Source: Candidatus Woesearchaeota archaeon
GTDB taxonomy: Archaea > Nanobdellota > Nanobdellia > Pacearchaeales > GW2011-AR1
Direction of reading: 5' to 3'
Assembly: GCA_964579805.1 (NCBI GenBank)
Contig: CAZOGX010000001.1
Span: forward strand, 1 to 24,723
DNA length: 24,723 nt
Shown: one piece after another, positions 9,361 to 17,484 of the stretch
Layout of the letters: the number at the start of each line of letters is the position of its first letter
Position numbering within the stretch: position 1 is the stretch's first letter
The notes under the pieces: generated by a model
Told to the model about the DNA's origin: nothing
Databases searched by the model: none
What the model saw: the letters and a program-made list of their open reading frames with translations, nothing else
Program-made: the position numbers and the translations under genes

Positions 9361-9765
9361 ATGGCTAAGAAGAATCCTGCTGTTATGAGGGCTAAACTCA
9401 CTACAATGCAACAAGCAAAATTGGACAGAGAGGGGGCTATGAGGGCTAGACTTCTAGACAGACCTATCTTGTCTGTTCAGTCTTTGATTGAGTCAGTTGT
9501 ACTTAGATTATCTAACGTATCTGGTGAGACAGATATACAAGCAAGTAACGTTTATGTTGCAAGGGTTGATTCTGATGGAGTTAGATTTATAGGACAAACA
9601 CCTGATGGAAGATATTGGCAATATAGTGGTCGGCCTGATTATGAAGATAAGCAATTAGTGGTTAGAAATCCTAATATTTATGAACCAGGTCATCAGGCAG
9701 AGAGCGTTTTACAGAGGGAATATCATCTTGGTCTAAGAATAGCTGTCTCTAGAGATAACTTTTAA
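9361..9765 (+). CDS. Hypothetical protein (134 aa)
   Basis: Open frame with its own TATA box. The ORF-track extension to 9238 overlaps the divergent gene and promoters and is unlikely to be real. Confidence 0.7.
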   Translation: MAKKNPAVMRAKLTTMQQAKLDREGAMRARLLDRPILSVQSLIESVVLRLSNVSGETDIQASNVYVARVDSDGVRFIGQTPDGRYWQYSGRPDYEDKQLVVRNPNIYEPGHQAESVLQREYHLGLRIAVSRDNF

Positions 9766-9768
9766 TAA
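9761..9768 (+). promoter_or_regulatory. TATA box of gatE
   Basis: TTTAATAA 29 nt before ATG 9790; it overlaps the upstream stop codon. Confidence 0.6.
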
Positions 9769-9789
9769 CTTCATACTTTATTCTTCTTT

Positions 9790-11247
9790 ATGACTGGAAA
9801 AGATTATTCTAAATTAGGATTCAAGGCAGGACTTGAGATACATCAACAGCTTGATACTCCCAAGTTGTTTTCCGGAGCCCCTAGCTATTTAAGAAGCGAC
9901 AAACCTGATTATGTTATAAAACGAAGGTTGCATGCAGTTGCCGGAGAGACTGGTGAAATTGATACTGCAGTTGAATACGAGGCTTCTCTTGAAAAGGAGT
10001 TGATTTATGAAGGATATCGTGACACTATAAGCTTGGTTGAATTAGATGAAGAGCCTCCGAGACCTATAAATGAAGAAGCTCTTGATGAATCACTAAAAAT
10101 TGCCTTGTTGTTGAATTGTGATATTTATCCAGTTTCACAGGTAATGAGGAAAACGGTAATCGATGGTAGCAATACTAGTGGTTTTCAAAGAACCGTTTTA
10201 ATAGGACATGATGGGTTTTTAGAGACTAGTTTTGGAAAAGTAGGAATTGATAGTGTTGCTTTAGAAGAAGATTCTGCAAGAATCATAAGAAAAGAAAAAA
10301 ATTCTGCTGTTTATAGGTTAGATAGACTGGGAATTCCATTGGTTGAAATTGCCACTTCTCCGGATATGAAAAATCCAGAACAAGTAAAAGAAACTGCCCT
10401 AAAAATTGGAGAGATATTGAGGGCTTGCAGAGTGAAAAGAGGAATTGGCACTATTAGACAGGATGTTAATGTCTCTATTAAAGGGCATGATAGAGTTGAG
10501 ATTAAAGGATTTCAGGATCCTAAAATGATGGTTAAGACAATTGATATAGAGATAGACAGGCAATTACAAAATATTAAAGTTAAGAAAACAATAGGTGAAG
10601 TTAGAAATGCTAAAGATGACGGGACGAGCGAATTTTTAAGACCTATGCCTGGGAAAGCAAGAATGTATCCTGAAACCGACCTTGAATTATTGAGAATCGG
10701 ATTAGATAGAGTTAATAGGTTGAAAAAAAACTTGCCTAAATTAAGAGCAGATATAAAGAGCGAATTAAAGAAAAAAGGATTAAATGACGAATTGATTTTA
10801 TTGATTGTTGAATCTCCTGAAGTGCTAGATGAGTTTGAGACCCTATTGGATGTTTACGGAAAGGATGCAAATTTGGTTGCGAAGATGGTTGTTTTATGGA
10901 GAAATGAGTTTGCTAGTAAAATGAAAAAGAGTTTTGAGGAAGTTAAAGATATTTTGAGTGAAAGATTGCTTGAGAGAATATTAGAACAATTAAAGCAGAG
11001 AAAAATTGAAATTGGAGATGTCAAAAAGATAATGCTTGGAATTTTGGAAGGAAAGAGTTTTGAGGAAGCAATTAGGATTGAGAAAGTTGATGATGATGAA
11101 ATTGAGGGCGAAGTAAGAAAAATAATTAAAGAAAAACCAGGATTGAGAGAGAATGCTTATATGGGCATTGTTATGGCTAAGTTTAAGGGACAATTGGATG
11201 CTAAGAAGGCAATGGAAATAATAAAACGCGTCGTTTCTAGCCTATAA
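9790..11247 (+). CDS. gatE: Glu-tRNA(Gln) amidotransferase subunit E, short form lacking the AspRS-like insertion
   Basis: KAGLEIHQQL, MRKTVIDGSNTSGFQRT, LEEDSAR, RLDRLGIPLVEI, GIGTIRQDVNVSI and RMYPETD; 485 aa. Confidence 0.95.
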   Translation: MTGKDYSKLGFKAGLEIHQQLDTPKLFSGAPSYLRSDKPDYVIKRRLHAVAGETGEIDTAVEYEASLEKELIYEGYRDTISLVELDEEPPRPINEEALDESLKIALLLNCDIYPVSQVMRKTVIDGSNTSGFQRTVLIGHDGFLETSFGKVGIDSVALEEDSARIIRKEKNSAVYRLDRLGIPLVEIATSPDMKNPEQVKETALKIGEILRACRVKRGIGTIRQDVNVSIKGHDRVEIKGFQDPKMMVKTIDIEIDRQLQNIKVKKTIGEVRNAKDDGTSEFLRPMPGKARMYPETDLELLRIGLDRVNRLKKNLPKLRADIKSELKKKGLNDELILLIVESPEVLDEFETLLDVYGKDANLVAKMVVLWRNEFASKMKKSFEEVKDILSERLLERILEQLKQRKIEIGDVKKIMLGILEGKSFEEAIRIEKVDDDEIEGEVRKIIKEKPGLRENAYMGIVMAKFKGQLDAKKAMEIIKRVVSSL

Positions 11248-12586
11248 TTTTTAGTATCTTTTCTTTTATTTCTTCTAGTTTTTCTAGATTACTTGCTTCT
11301 CCCGCGATTCTTATTAAAGGCTCGGTATTGCTTTTTCTTATAGTAAAACGAAAGTCATTTGATTCTATAGTTACCCCATCAATTTCTACAATTTTATAAT
11401 TCGAGAAAGTTTCTTTTATTTTTTTCAAACATTCATCAGGATTTTCAGTTTTTAGATTTATTACCGGAGTATTAATATATTTTTGATATTTGATTGCTAG
11501 TTCTGAAAGATTTGTTTTTGATTCTTCTAGTATTTTAAGAACTAGTAAGAACGAAAGCATTGCATTATCTAGTCCAAAAAAATCTCGGTGGTAGAAGTGT
11601 CCAGATTTTTCGAAACCAAATATTGCTCTTTCATTTTTAATCATCTCCGATATTATGTGGTACCTTCCAACTTTAGAAATTATTGATTTTGAATTATTAC
11701 TTTCAGCTATCTCTTTTATATTTTTTGTGCATAATATGTCGCTTACTATTTCTGAACCAGAGTTTTTTTTGAGAAGGTAGTCTGATATTATACATCCCAT
11801 TATATCTGCAGGTATTGGAACGCCTTTTTCATCTATAAATCCTATTCTGTCTGCATCACCGTCAAATATTACTCCGAGGTCTGCCCTTCTTTCAATTACT
11901 TTTTTTCTTATTTCCTTTAGAGATTCTTCGCTTCCAGGATCTGGTTCATGTCCTGGAAAATTACCATCAATTTCTTCATTAATTAACTCTACTGAAAGAC
12001 TTAGATTTTTTATAATTTCTTGAAAAGGTATTCTTGCTACACCATTACACAGATCCGCTATTATTCTTAAATTTGAATTTATTTTTATTTTGTTAAGGAT
12101 AAATGAGATATATTCACCCAGAATGTCCTTTCTTATAGTCTTACCTAGATTGTCTGAATTTTTTGACTTTTTAAGCTTATTAGATATAAAAAAGAGCTCC
12201 ATGCTCTTTGCTTCTTTTTTCGGGCTTAAATTTAGACCATGTTTGTTGTGCATTTTGATTCCGTTATAATATTTTGGATTATGTGATGCAGTAATCATTA
12301 CGCCTCCGCCTGTTTTTAAGTGCATTATTGCAAAAGAAAGCATAGGAGTAGTACATAAGCCTATATCTATTACATCAACACCATTTTCTGTTAGACCTTT
12401 AATAAAATTTTTTGCAAAAACTTCTGAATGAAGTCTTCCATCTCTTCCTAAGATAATTGGAGAGTGAATATCTTTTCTTTCTTTAGTTAATTCGCCAAAA
12501 GCAAAACCGAGAGCTTCCATTGTTTCTTCAGTTATTTCACTACCAGAGATTCCCCTAATGTCGTAAGTCTTAAATATAGATTCCAT
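11237..12586 (-). CDS. Phosphomannomutase/phosphoglucomutase (alpha-D-phosphohexomutase)
   Basis: FKTYDIRG, ITASHNP (catalytic Ser), FDGDADR (metal loop), FEKSGH and IRKSNTEPLIR. Confidence 0.9.
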   Translation of the reverse strand: MESIFKTYDIRGISGSEITEETMEALGFAFGELTKERKDIHSPIILGRDGRLHSEVFAKNFIKGLTENGVDVIDIGLCTTPMLSFAIMHLKTGGGVMITASHNPKYYNGIKMHNKHGLNLSPKKEAKSMELFFISNKLKKSKNSDNLGKTIRKDILGEYISFILNKIKINSNLRIIADLCNGVARIPFQEIIKNLSLSVELINEEIDGNFPGHEPDPGSEESLKEIRKKVIERRADLGVIFDGDADRIGFIDEKGVPIPADIMGCIISDYLLKKNSGSEIVSDILCTKNIKEIAESNNSKSIISKVGRYHIISEMIKNERAIFGFEKSGHFYHRDFFGLDNAMLSFLLVLKILEESKTNLSELAIKYQKYINTPVINLKTENPDECLKKIKETFSNYKIVEIDGVTIESNDFRFTIRKSNTEPLIRIAGEASNLEKLEEIKEKILKIIG

Positions 12587-12607
12587 TGTTTTATTTCTCT
12601 ACGCAGA

Positions 12608-12643
12608 CTTATAATGATTATTGTTATCCCAAAGGATTAAAAA
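12608..12643. promoter_or_regulatory. Divergent TATA boxes for the phosphohexomutase (-) and aspS (+)
   Basis: ATTATAAG (-, from 12615) lies 29 nt before ATG 12586. ATTAAAAA (+, 12636) lies 29 nt before ATG 12665. Confidence 0.55.
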
Positions 12644-12664
12644 TGTGCTTTATATATCAGAATA

Positions 12665-13957
12665 ATGGAAAGAACTCTTGTTAAGGATTTAAATGCAGGG
12701 AAGGAAGTTCTACTTAAAGGATGGGTGCATGAAATAAGAGATTTATCAAAGCTCAAGTTTATTCTATTGAGAGATATGAGCGGAATTGTTCAATGTGTTG
12801 CTAAAGAGGATATTTTGAATAAGGTTTCTTCTATCGGCTTGGAATATTCCGTTGAGATTCAGGGTAAAGTCAAAGAGACCAAAATAAAATCTGATATTGA
12901 CAGGAAAGATGTAGAGGTTGAGATTAAGGAAATTAAAGTTATAAGCAAATCTGAAAATCCGCCTGTGCAGGTTAATGAGAAAGCTAGTGAAGCGAATTTT
13001 ACTACAAGGCTTGACTATAGGTTTTTAGATACTAGAAAAAGAGATGTTTCTGCAATATTCAAGATTAGAGGAAGTTTTTTAAGACATATGACTGACTTTT
13101 TTAATGATTCTGGATTCACGTCGATTAATACTCCTAAGTTAACTACAATTGGAGTTGAATCTGGAGCAGATTCTTTTGAGGTTAAATATTTCAATAAAAA
13201 AGTTGCCCTTGGACAGAGCCCGCAGTTCTATAAACAGATGTTTGTCTTGGGAGGATTTGAAAGAGTTTTTGAAATTGGACAGGTTTACAGGGCGGAGAAA
13301 TCACATACTACCAGACATTTGACTGAATTTACAGGAGCGGATATAGAAATGGGATTTATCAAAGATGAGAATGAGGTTATGGATACTTTGGAAGAGATGT
13401 TTAAGTTTGTTTTGAAAAAAATCAAAGAAGACAGGAAAGAGGAGCTTGATAAGTTAGGGGTTGAGGTTAAAATTCCTAAAAAAATTCCGAGAATAACTAT
13501 GTCTGAACTGAAAAAGATGCTTGTAGGAAAGGGAAAGAAACTGAAAGAAGACGATGACTTGGATTCTGAAGCTGAAAAGCTTGTCGGGGAATATATCTTA
13601 GATAAATATGGGGAGGAATTTGTATTTGTTACTGAATATCCTTCAGAAGTTAGACCTTTTTATCACATGAGGCCTGATAAACATCCTAAACTAACGAGAA
13701 GTTTTGATTTATTATGGAAAGGAGTTGAAGTTGCAACAGGAGCACAGAGAGAGCATAGGTTGGAAGTTTTAGAAAAACAGGCAAAGGAGAAAGGAGTTAA
13801 GTTAAACGAGATATATGTAGAGATGTTTAAGTATGGGGCAATACCTCACGGAGGAGCTGGAATGGGACTAGATAGATTAATTCAAAGATTATTAAATTTA
13901 ACAAATGTCAGAGAAGCTTTGCTTCTTACTAGAGATCCGGAGAGGGTGACTCCTTAA
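12665..13957 (+). CDS. aspS: Aspartyl-tRNA synthetase, archaeal type
   Basis: OB domain GWVHEIRDL, QSPQFYKQ, motif 2 YRAEKSHTTRHLTEF, GAQREH and motif 3 PHGGAGMGLDR; 430 aa with no bacterial GAD insert. Confidence 0.93.
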   Translation: MERTLVKDLNAGKEVLLKGWVHEIRDLSKLKFILLRDMSGIVQCVAKEDILNKVSSIGLEYSVEIQGKVKETKIKSDIDRKDVEVEIKEIKVISKSENPPVQVNEKASEANFTTRLDYRFLDTRKRDVSAIFKIRGSFLRHMTDFFNDSGFTSINTPKLTTIGVESGADSFEVKYFNKKVALGQSPQFYKQMFVLGGFERVFEIGQVYRAEKSHTTRHLTEFTGADIEMGFIKDENEVMDTLEEMFKFVLKKIKEDRKEELDKLGVEVKIPKKIPRITMSELKKMLVGKGKKLKEDDDLDSEAEKLVGEYILDKYGEEFVFVTEYPSEVRPFYHMRPDKHPKLTRSFDLLWKGVEVATGAQREHRLEVLEKQAKEKGVKLNEIYVEMFKYGAIPHGGAGMGLDRLIQRLLNLTNVREALLLTRDPERVTP

Positions 13958-13958
13958 T

Positions 13959-15257
13959 ATGAAAGAAAAATTTATTTCCATAAAAGAAGCGATGGCTAGA
14001 GGAAATGGGAAAGTCGCTATCAGGGGATGGGTGTATAGGGAAAGAGGAAGTAATAAGATGAAGTTCCTTGTCGTGAGAGATTCAAGCGATATTATACAGG
14101 TTGTGTTAAATAGAGATAATTTTGAAAAACAATGGGATGAGATAGATAAGTTGCAAATTGAGAGCAGTGTTGAAATTATTGGAGAAATAAAAGAAGATAA
14201 GAGAGCACCTTCAGGTTATGAGGTTAAGGCTTCTGAAATTAAGATTGTTGGGAAGAGTGAGGATTTTCCTATAAATAAGGATTTGAATGAAGAGCTTTTG
14301 GGAGATAGAAGGCATCTCTGGCTTAGAAGCAGAAAGATGATTTCAATTATGAAAATTAGAGATACTGTTCTGTCTGCAATTAGAGAACATTGGAGAAAGA
14401 AAGGATTTTATGAATATCATTCTCCATCGCTTTTAGGTATGCAGGCAGAAGGGGGAGCGACTTTGTTTAAGGTTGATTATTTTGACAAGAAGTTGTATTT
14501 GGCACAGACTTGGCAGTTACATGCAGAGCCTGGAATTTTTGCTCTGGAAAAGATATTTACTATACAACCTTCATTTCGGGCGGAAAAAAGCAAAACTACT
14601 AGACACTTGTCAGAATACTGGCATGCTGAAATGGAGACTGCATGGGAAGATTTTGATTACTTAATGGATGATGGGGAGGAGCTGGTTAAAGATGTTGTTT
14701 CCGCTGTTTTAAATAAAAATAAGGAAGAACTTAAAATTTTGGAGAGAGATGCAAAGAAACTGGAGCCAACTATAAAGAAAAGATTTCCGAGACTTACATA
14801 TGATGAAGTTCTTAAAATTTTAAAGGATAAGAAAAAGATAAAGATTGATTGGGGCAAGGATTTGAGAACTATTGAGGAAGATAAATTATCGGAGTTATAT
14901 GATACTCCTATAATAGTTACAAGATATCCTAAGAAAGTGAAGGCATTTTATATGAAGGAAGACCCTAAAAATCCTAAAGTTGTTCTCGGATATGACCTGA
15001 TTGCTCCAGAAGGATACGGAGAGATAATTGGAGCATCGCAGAGGGAAGAAGATATTGAAAAATTGAAGGAAAACTTGATAGAGCAAGGTGAAGATCCAGA
15101 GAAGTATGAATTTTATTTTGATACTAGGCGTTACGGCAGTGTTCCCCACGGAGGATTTGGAATGGGAGTTGAGAGACTTATTAGTTGGATTTGTGGGCTT
15201 TCAACAATAAAAGATGCAATAGCTTTCCCGAGGACGATGACTAGGTGGAGTCCATAG
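13959..15257 (+). CDS. asnS: Asparaginyl-tRNA synthetase
   Basis: GWVYRER, FRAEKSKTTRHLSEYW, GYGEIIGASQRE, RRYGSVPHGGFGMGVER and IKDAIAFPR. Starts 1 nt after the aspS stop. Confidence 0.92.
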   Translation: MKEKFISIKEAMARGNGKVAIRGWVYRERGSNKMKFLVVRDSSDIIQVVLNRDNFEKQWDEIDKLQIESSVEIIGEIKEDKRAPSGYEVKASEIKIVGKSEDFPINKDLNEELLGDRRHLWLRSRKMISIMKIRDTVLSAIREHWRKKGFYEYHSPSLLGMQAEGGATLFKVDYFDKKLYLAQTWQLHAEPGIFALEKIFTIQPSFRAEKSKTTRHLSEYWHAEMETAWEDFDYLMDDGEELVKDVVSAVLNKNKEELKILERDAKKLEPTIKKRFPRLTYDEVLKILKDKKKIKIDWGKDLRTIEEDKLSELYDTPIIVTRYPKKVKAFYMKEDPKNPKVVLGYDLIAPEGYGEIIGASQREEDIEKLKENLIEQGEDPEKYEFYFDTRRYGSVPHGGFGMGVERLISWICGLSTIKDAIAFPRTMTRWSP

Positions 15258-15258
15258 G

Positions 15259-16089
15259 ATGAAGATTCTCGCTGTTGGCGATTTTCACGGTAAATTTCCT
15301 AAGAAATTTGAGAAAATAATTCAGAAGGAAAAGATTGATATTGTTGTGTCTAACGGAGATTTTTTCCCTTTTTTATATAGGGATTTATGGTTCAAGCATT
15401 CTTATCATACAGATGTTAATTTATGGGATGTTATTGGAAGAAAAAAATATGAGCTTCTAGTTAAAAAAGATTTGAAAGCTGGAGAAAAAGCCATAAAAAA
15501 ACTAAATAGTTTGCCTGTGCCCGTAATAACTGTCGTTGGAAATTTAGACTATGTCTCATTACAGGATTCTATTGATGAAAAACCTCCAAAAGATGATTTA
15601 CGTAGAAAAGATTTGCTTAACAACATTTTGAAGAAATATAAAAATATAAGGAGATTTGACTACTCCTTTATTAAATTTAAAGATTTTGTATTTATCGGGG
15701 GCTATGGAAATTCTTTTCCTGGAAAGGTTAAAAGCAAGGCTTATAAAAAACATAAGAAACTTCTTGATAAACTATTTATTAAATTTAGAAAAAAGAATAG
15801 GGAAAAAAAAGTAATTTTTATTTCCCATAATGTTCCCTATAACACTAAGCTGGATAAAATTGGAATGTATGCCCATAAACATGTTAGAGGAAAACATTAT
15901 GGTTCTAAGCTTGTTAGAAGAACTATAGAAAAATGGAATCCTATAATTCACGTTGGAGGGCATATTCATGAAGGAAGAGGGAAGGATAAAATTGGAAAAA
16001 CATTATGTATTAATCCTGGGGCAGTTCATGAAGGACAAGGAACTATTATAGAACTAACTGACAGGGTTAAGGTTAGATTCATTAAATAA
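15259..16089 (+). CDS. Calcineurin-like metallophosphoesterase (Icc-related)
   Basis: GDFHG, NGD, GNLD, SHNVP, GGHIHE and NPG motifs. Starts 1 nt after the asnS stop. Confidence 0.85.
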   Translation: MKILAVGDFHGKFPKKFEKIIQKEKIDIVVSNGDFFPFLYRDLWFKHSYHTDVNLWDVIGRKKYELLVKKDLKAGEKAIKKLNSLPVPVITVVGNLDYVSLQDSIDEKPPKDDLRRKDLLNNILKKYKNIRRFDYSFIKFKDFVFIGGYGNSFPGKVKSKAYKKHKKLLDKLFIKFRKKNREKKVIFISHNVPYNTKLDKIGMYAHKHVRGKHYGSKLVRRTIEKWNPIIHVGGHIHEGRGKDKIGKTLCINPGAVHEGQGTIIELTDRVKVRFIK

Positions 16090-16094
16090 CAATC

Positions 16095-16102
16095 CTTAAA
16101 AA
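16095..16102 (+). promoter_or_regulatory. TATA box of gene 16124
   Basis: CTTAAAAA 29 nt before ATG 16124. Confidence 0.55.
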
Positions 16103-16123
16103 CCAAATAGTTCTTTTTTAATT

Positions 16124-16399
16124 ATGAAAATTAAAGCGGGGAAACCAATAGCAAAAGTGAAAAAAGGCGACATCATTAAAGTAGATGGTAAGGCATTAGA
16201 GGTGGATGCTCACTATGTATTTGAAGATTATAAGACTACTAAGGAAATGCTTATAGAGCTTTTTGATCCGAAGGCTAAGGAAGACGAAGGAGATTATCAG
16301 ATAAGGTATTTTGATGACCAGGTTGAAGATACTCTTAAAGTGTATAAATTGAAGGCAATAGTTTATGACGAGATTGAAGTTAATAGTGTTGAGTGGTAA
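16124..16399 (+). CDS. Hypothetical protein (91 aa), probable KOW/SH3-like beta barrel
   Basis: Host-like composition, VKKGDIIKVDG KOW-like start, alternating beta-strand pattern and its own TATA box. Confidence 0.75.
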   Translation: MKIKAGKPIAKVKKGDIIKVDGKALEVDAHYVFEDYKTTKEMLIELFDPKAKEDEGDYQIRYFDDQVEDTLKVYKLKAIVYDEIEVNSVEW

Positions 16400-16406
16400 A
16401 GTTAAA

Positions 16407-16414
16407 CTTAAATA
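16407..16414 (+). promoter_or_regulatory. TATA box of the MBL-fold hydrolase
   Basis: CTTAAATA 29 nt before ATG 16436. Confidence 0.55.
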
Positions 16415-16435
16415 TCTCTAAACTTATGGTTTTTT

Positions 16436-17098
16436 ATGGAGATTGAGGGCGTTAAGATAGATTTTCTAGGGCATTCAGGGTTTTTGATATCTAATGGAAA
16501 AAGAATTATAATTGATCCTTTCAATATTTCCGAAAATGTTGGAAAAGCGGATTTAATATTAATTACTCATAGCCATTATGACCATTGTAGTATTTCCGAT
16601 ATTGAAAAATTGGCTGATAAGGGGACCGTTGTCATTTGTACTGCCGATTCACAAAGCAAGATAATGAAAGTTGAAGGTGTTGAGTTACACGTTATTGAGG
16701 CCGGGAATGTTTTTGAACTTGATGATATAAAGGTTGAGGCGGTTCCCGCATATAATAAAAATAAAGAGTATCATCCAAAAAGCGAGGGATGGGTGGGATA
16801 TGTTGTGAAAATTGGAAATGTTGTTATTTATCATTCCGGAGATAGTGATTTTATTCCTGAAATGCAAAAGCTCTCTGGATATGGAAAACATAATAATACT
16901 TTTGTAGCTCTTCTTCCTGTTTCTGGAAAATATGTCATGGATGCGGAACAAGCTTCAGAAGCAGCTTCTCTTATTTCCCCTGACTTAGCAATACCTATGC
17001 ATTATGGTTCTATAATTGGAAATATTGGAGATGCGGAGAAATTCGTTGAATTTTGTAAAGAAAAAAATATTAATGCAAAAATTTTGGAGAAGATATAA
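16436..17098 (+). CDS. Metallo-beta-lactamase-fold hydrolase (UlaG/UPF0173-like)
   Basis: LGHSGF, IIIDPF, ITHSHYDH (HxHxDH), YHSGD and IPMHY. Confidence 0.88.
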   Translation: MEIEGVKIDFLGHSGFLISNGKRIIIDPFNISENVGKADLILITHSHYDHCSISDIEKLADKGTVVICTADSQSKIMKVEGVELHVIEAGNVFELDDIKVEAVPAYNKNKEYHPKSEGWVGYVVKIGNVVIYHSGDSDFIPEMQKLSGYGKHNNTFVALLPVSGKYVMDAEQASEAASLISPDLAIPMHYGSIIGNIGDAEKFVEFCKEKNINAKILEKI

Positions 17099-17099
17099 A

Positions 17100-17107
17100 T
17101 TTAAATA
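17100..17107 (+). promoter_or_regulatory. TATA box of orphan gene 17129
   Basis: TTTAAATA 29 nt before ATG 17129. Confidence 0.55.
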
Positions 17108-17128
17108 AACAATATTGATTATTTGACT

Positions 17129-17449
17129 ATGATTTCGGGGTTATTAGATATTGCAGAATTATCGCCACAACCTTTTGGTTTGATTGAACCATTGACTCCT
17201 GAACAAGATAAAGCTTGGAGAGGACTTTACGCAGCAGAAATAGATTATGATCTGGCTACTTGTATGACGCCAGTTGTGGTTTTTCCTGATCCGGATGAAA
17301 TGAGAAGACATCATGATGAAAGACAATCTAAACTTGATGCTTCTCCCTTGTATAGAGAGGCTTTAGCGAATCTTAGTAGGGCAAGAACTACTTTTTGGGA
17401 TGCTATTAGAGCTGATCCGAGATATGCAGGAAAGTTTCCTAAACATTAA
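17129..17449 (+). CDS. Hypothetical protein (106 aa)
   Basis: Open frame that fills the gap between two genes. ATG 17129 is preferred over TTG 17123 on promoter spacing. Confidence 0.7.
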   Translation: MISGLLDIAELSPQPFGLIEPLTPEQDKAWRGLYAAEIDYDLATCMTPVVVFPDPDEMRRHHDERQSKLDASPLYREALANLSRARTTFWDAIRADPRYAGKFPKH

Positions 17450-17455
17450 TATAAA

Positions 17456-17463
17456 TTTATATA
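17456..17463 (+). promoter_or_regulatory. TATA box of the DHH phosphoesterase
   Basis: TTTATATA 29 nt before ATG 17485. Confidence 0.6.
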
Positions 17464-17484
17464 CTCTGTATGTAGAAACTTTTT

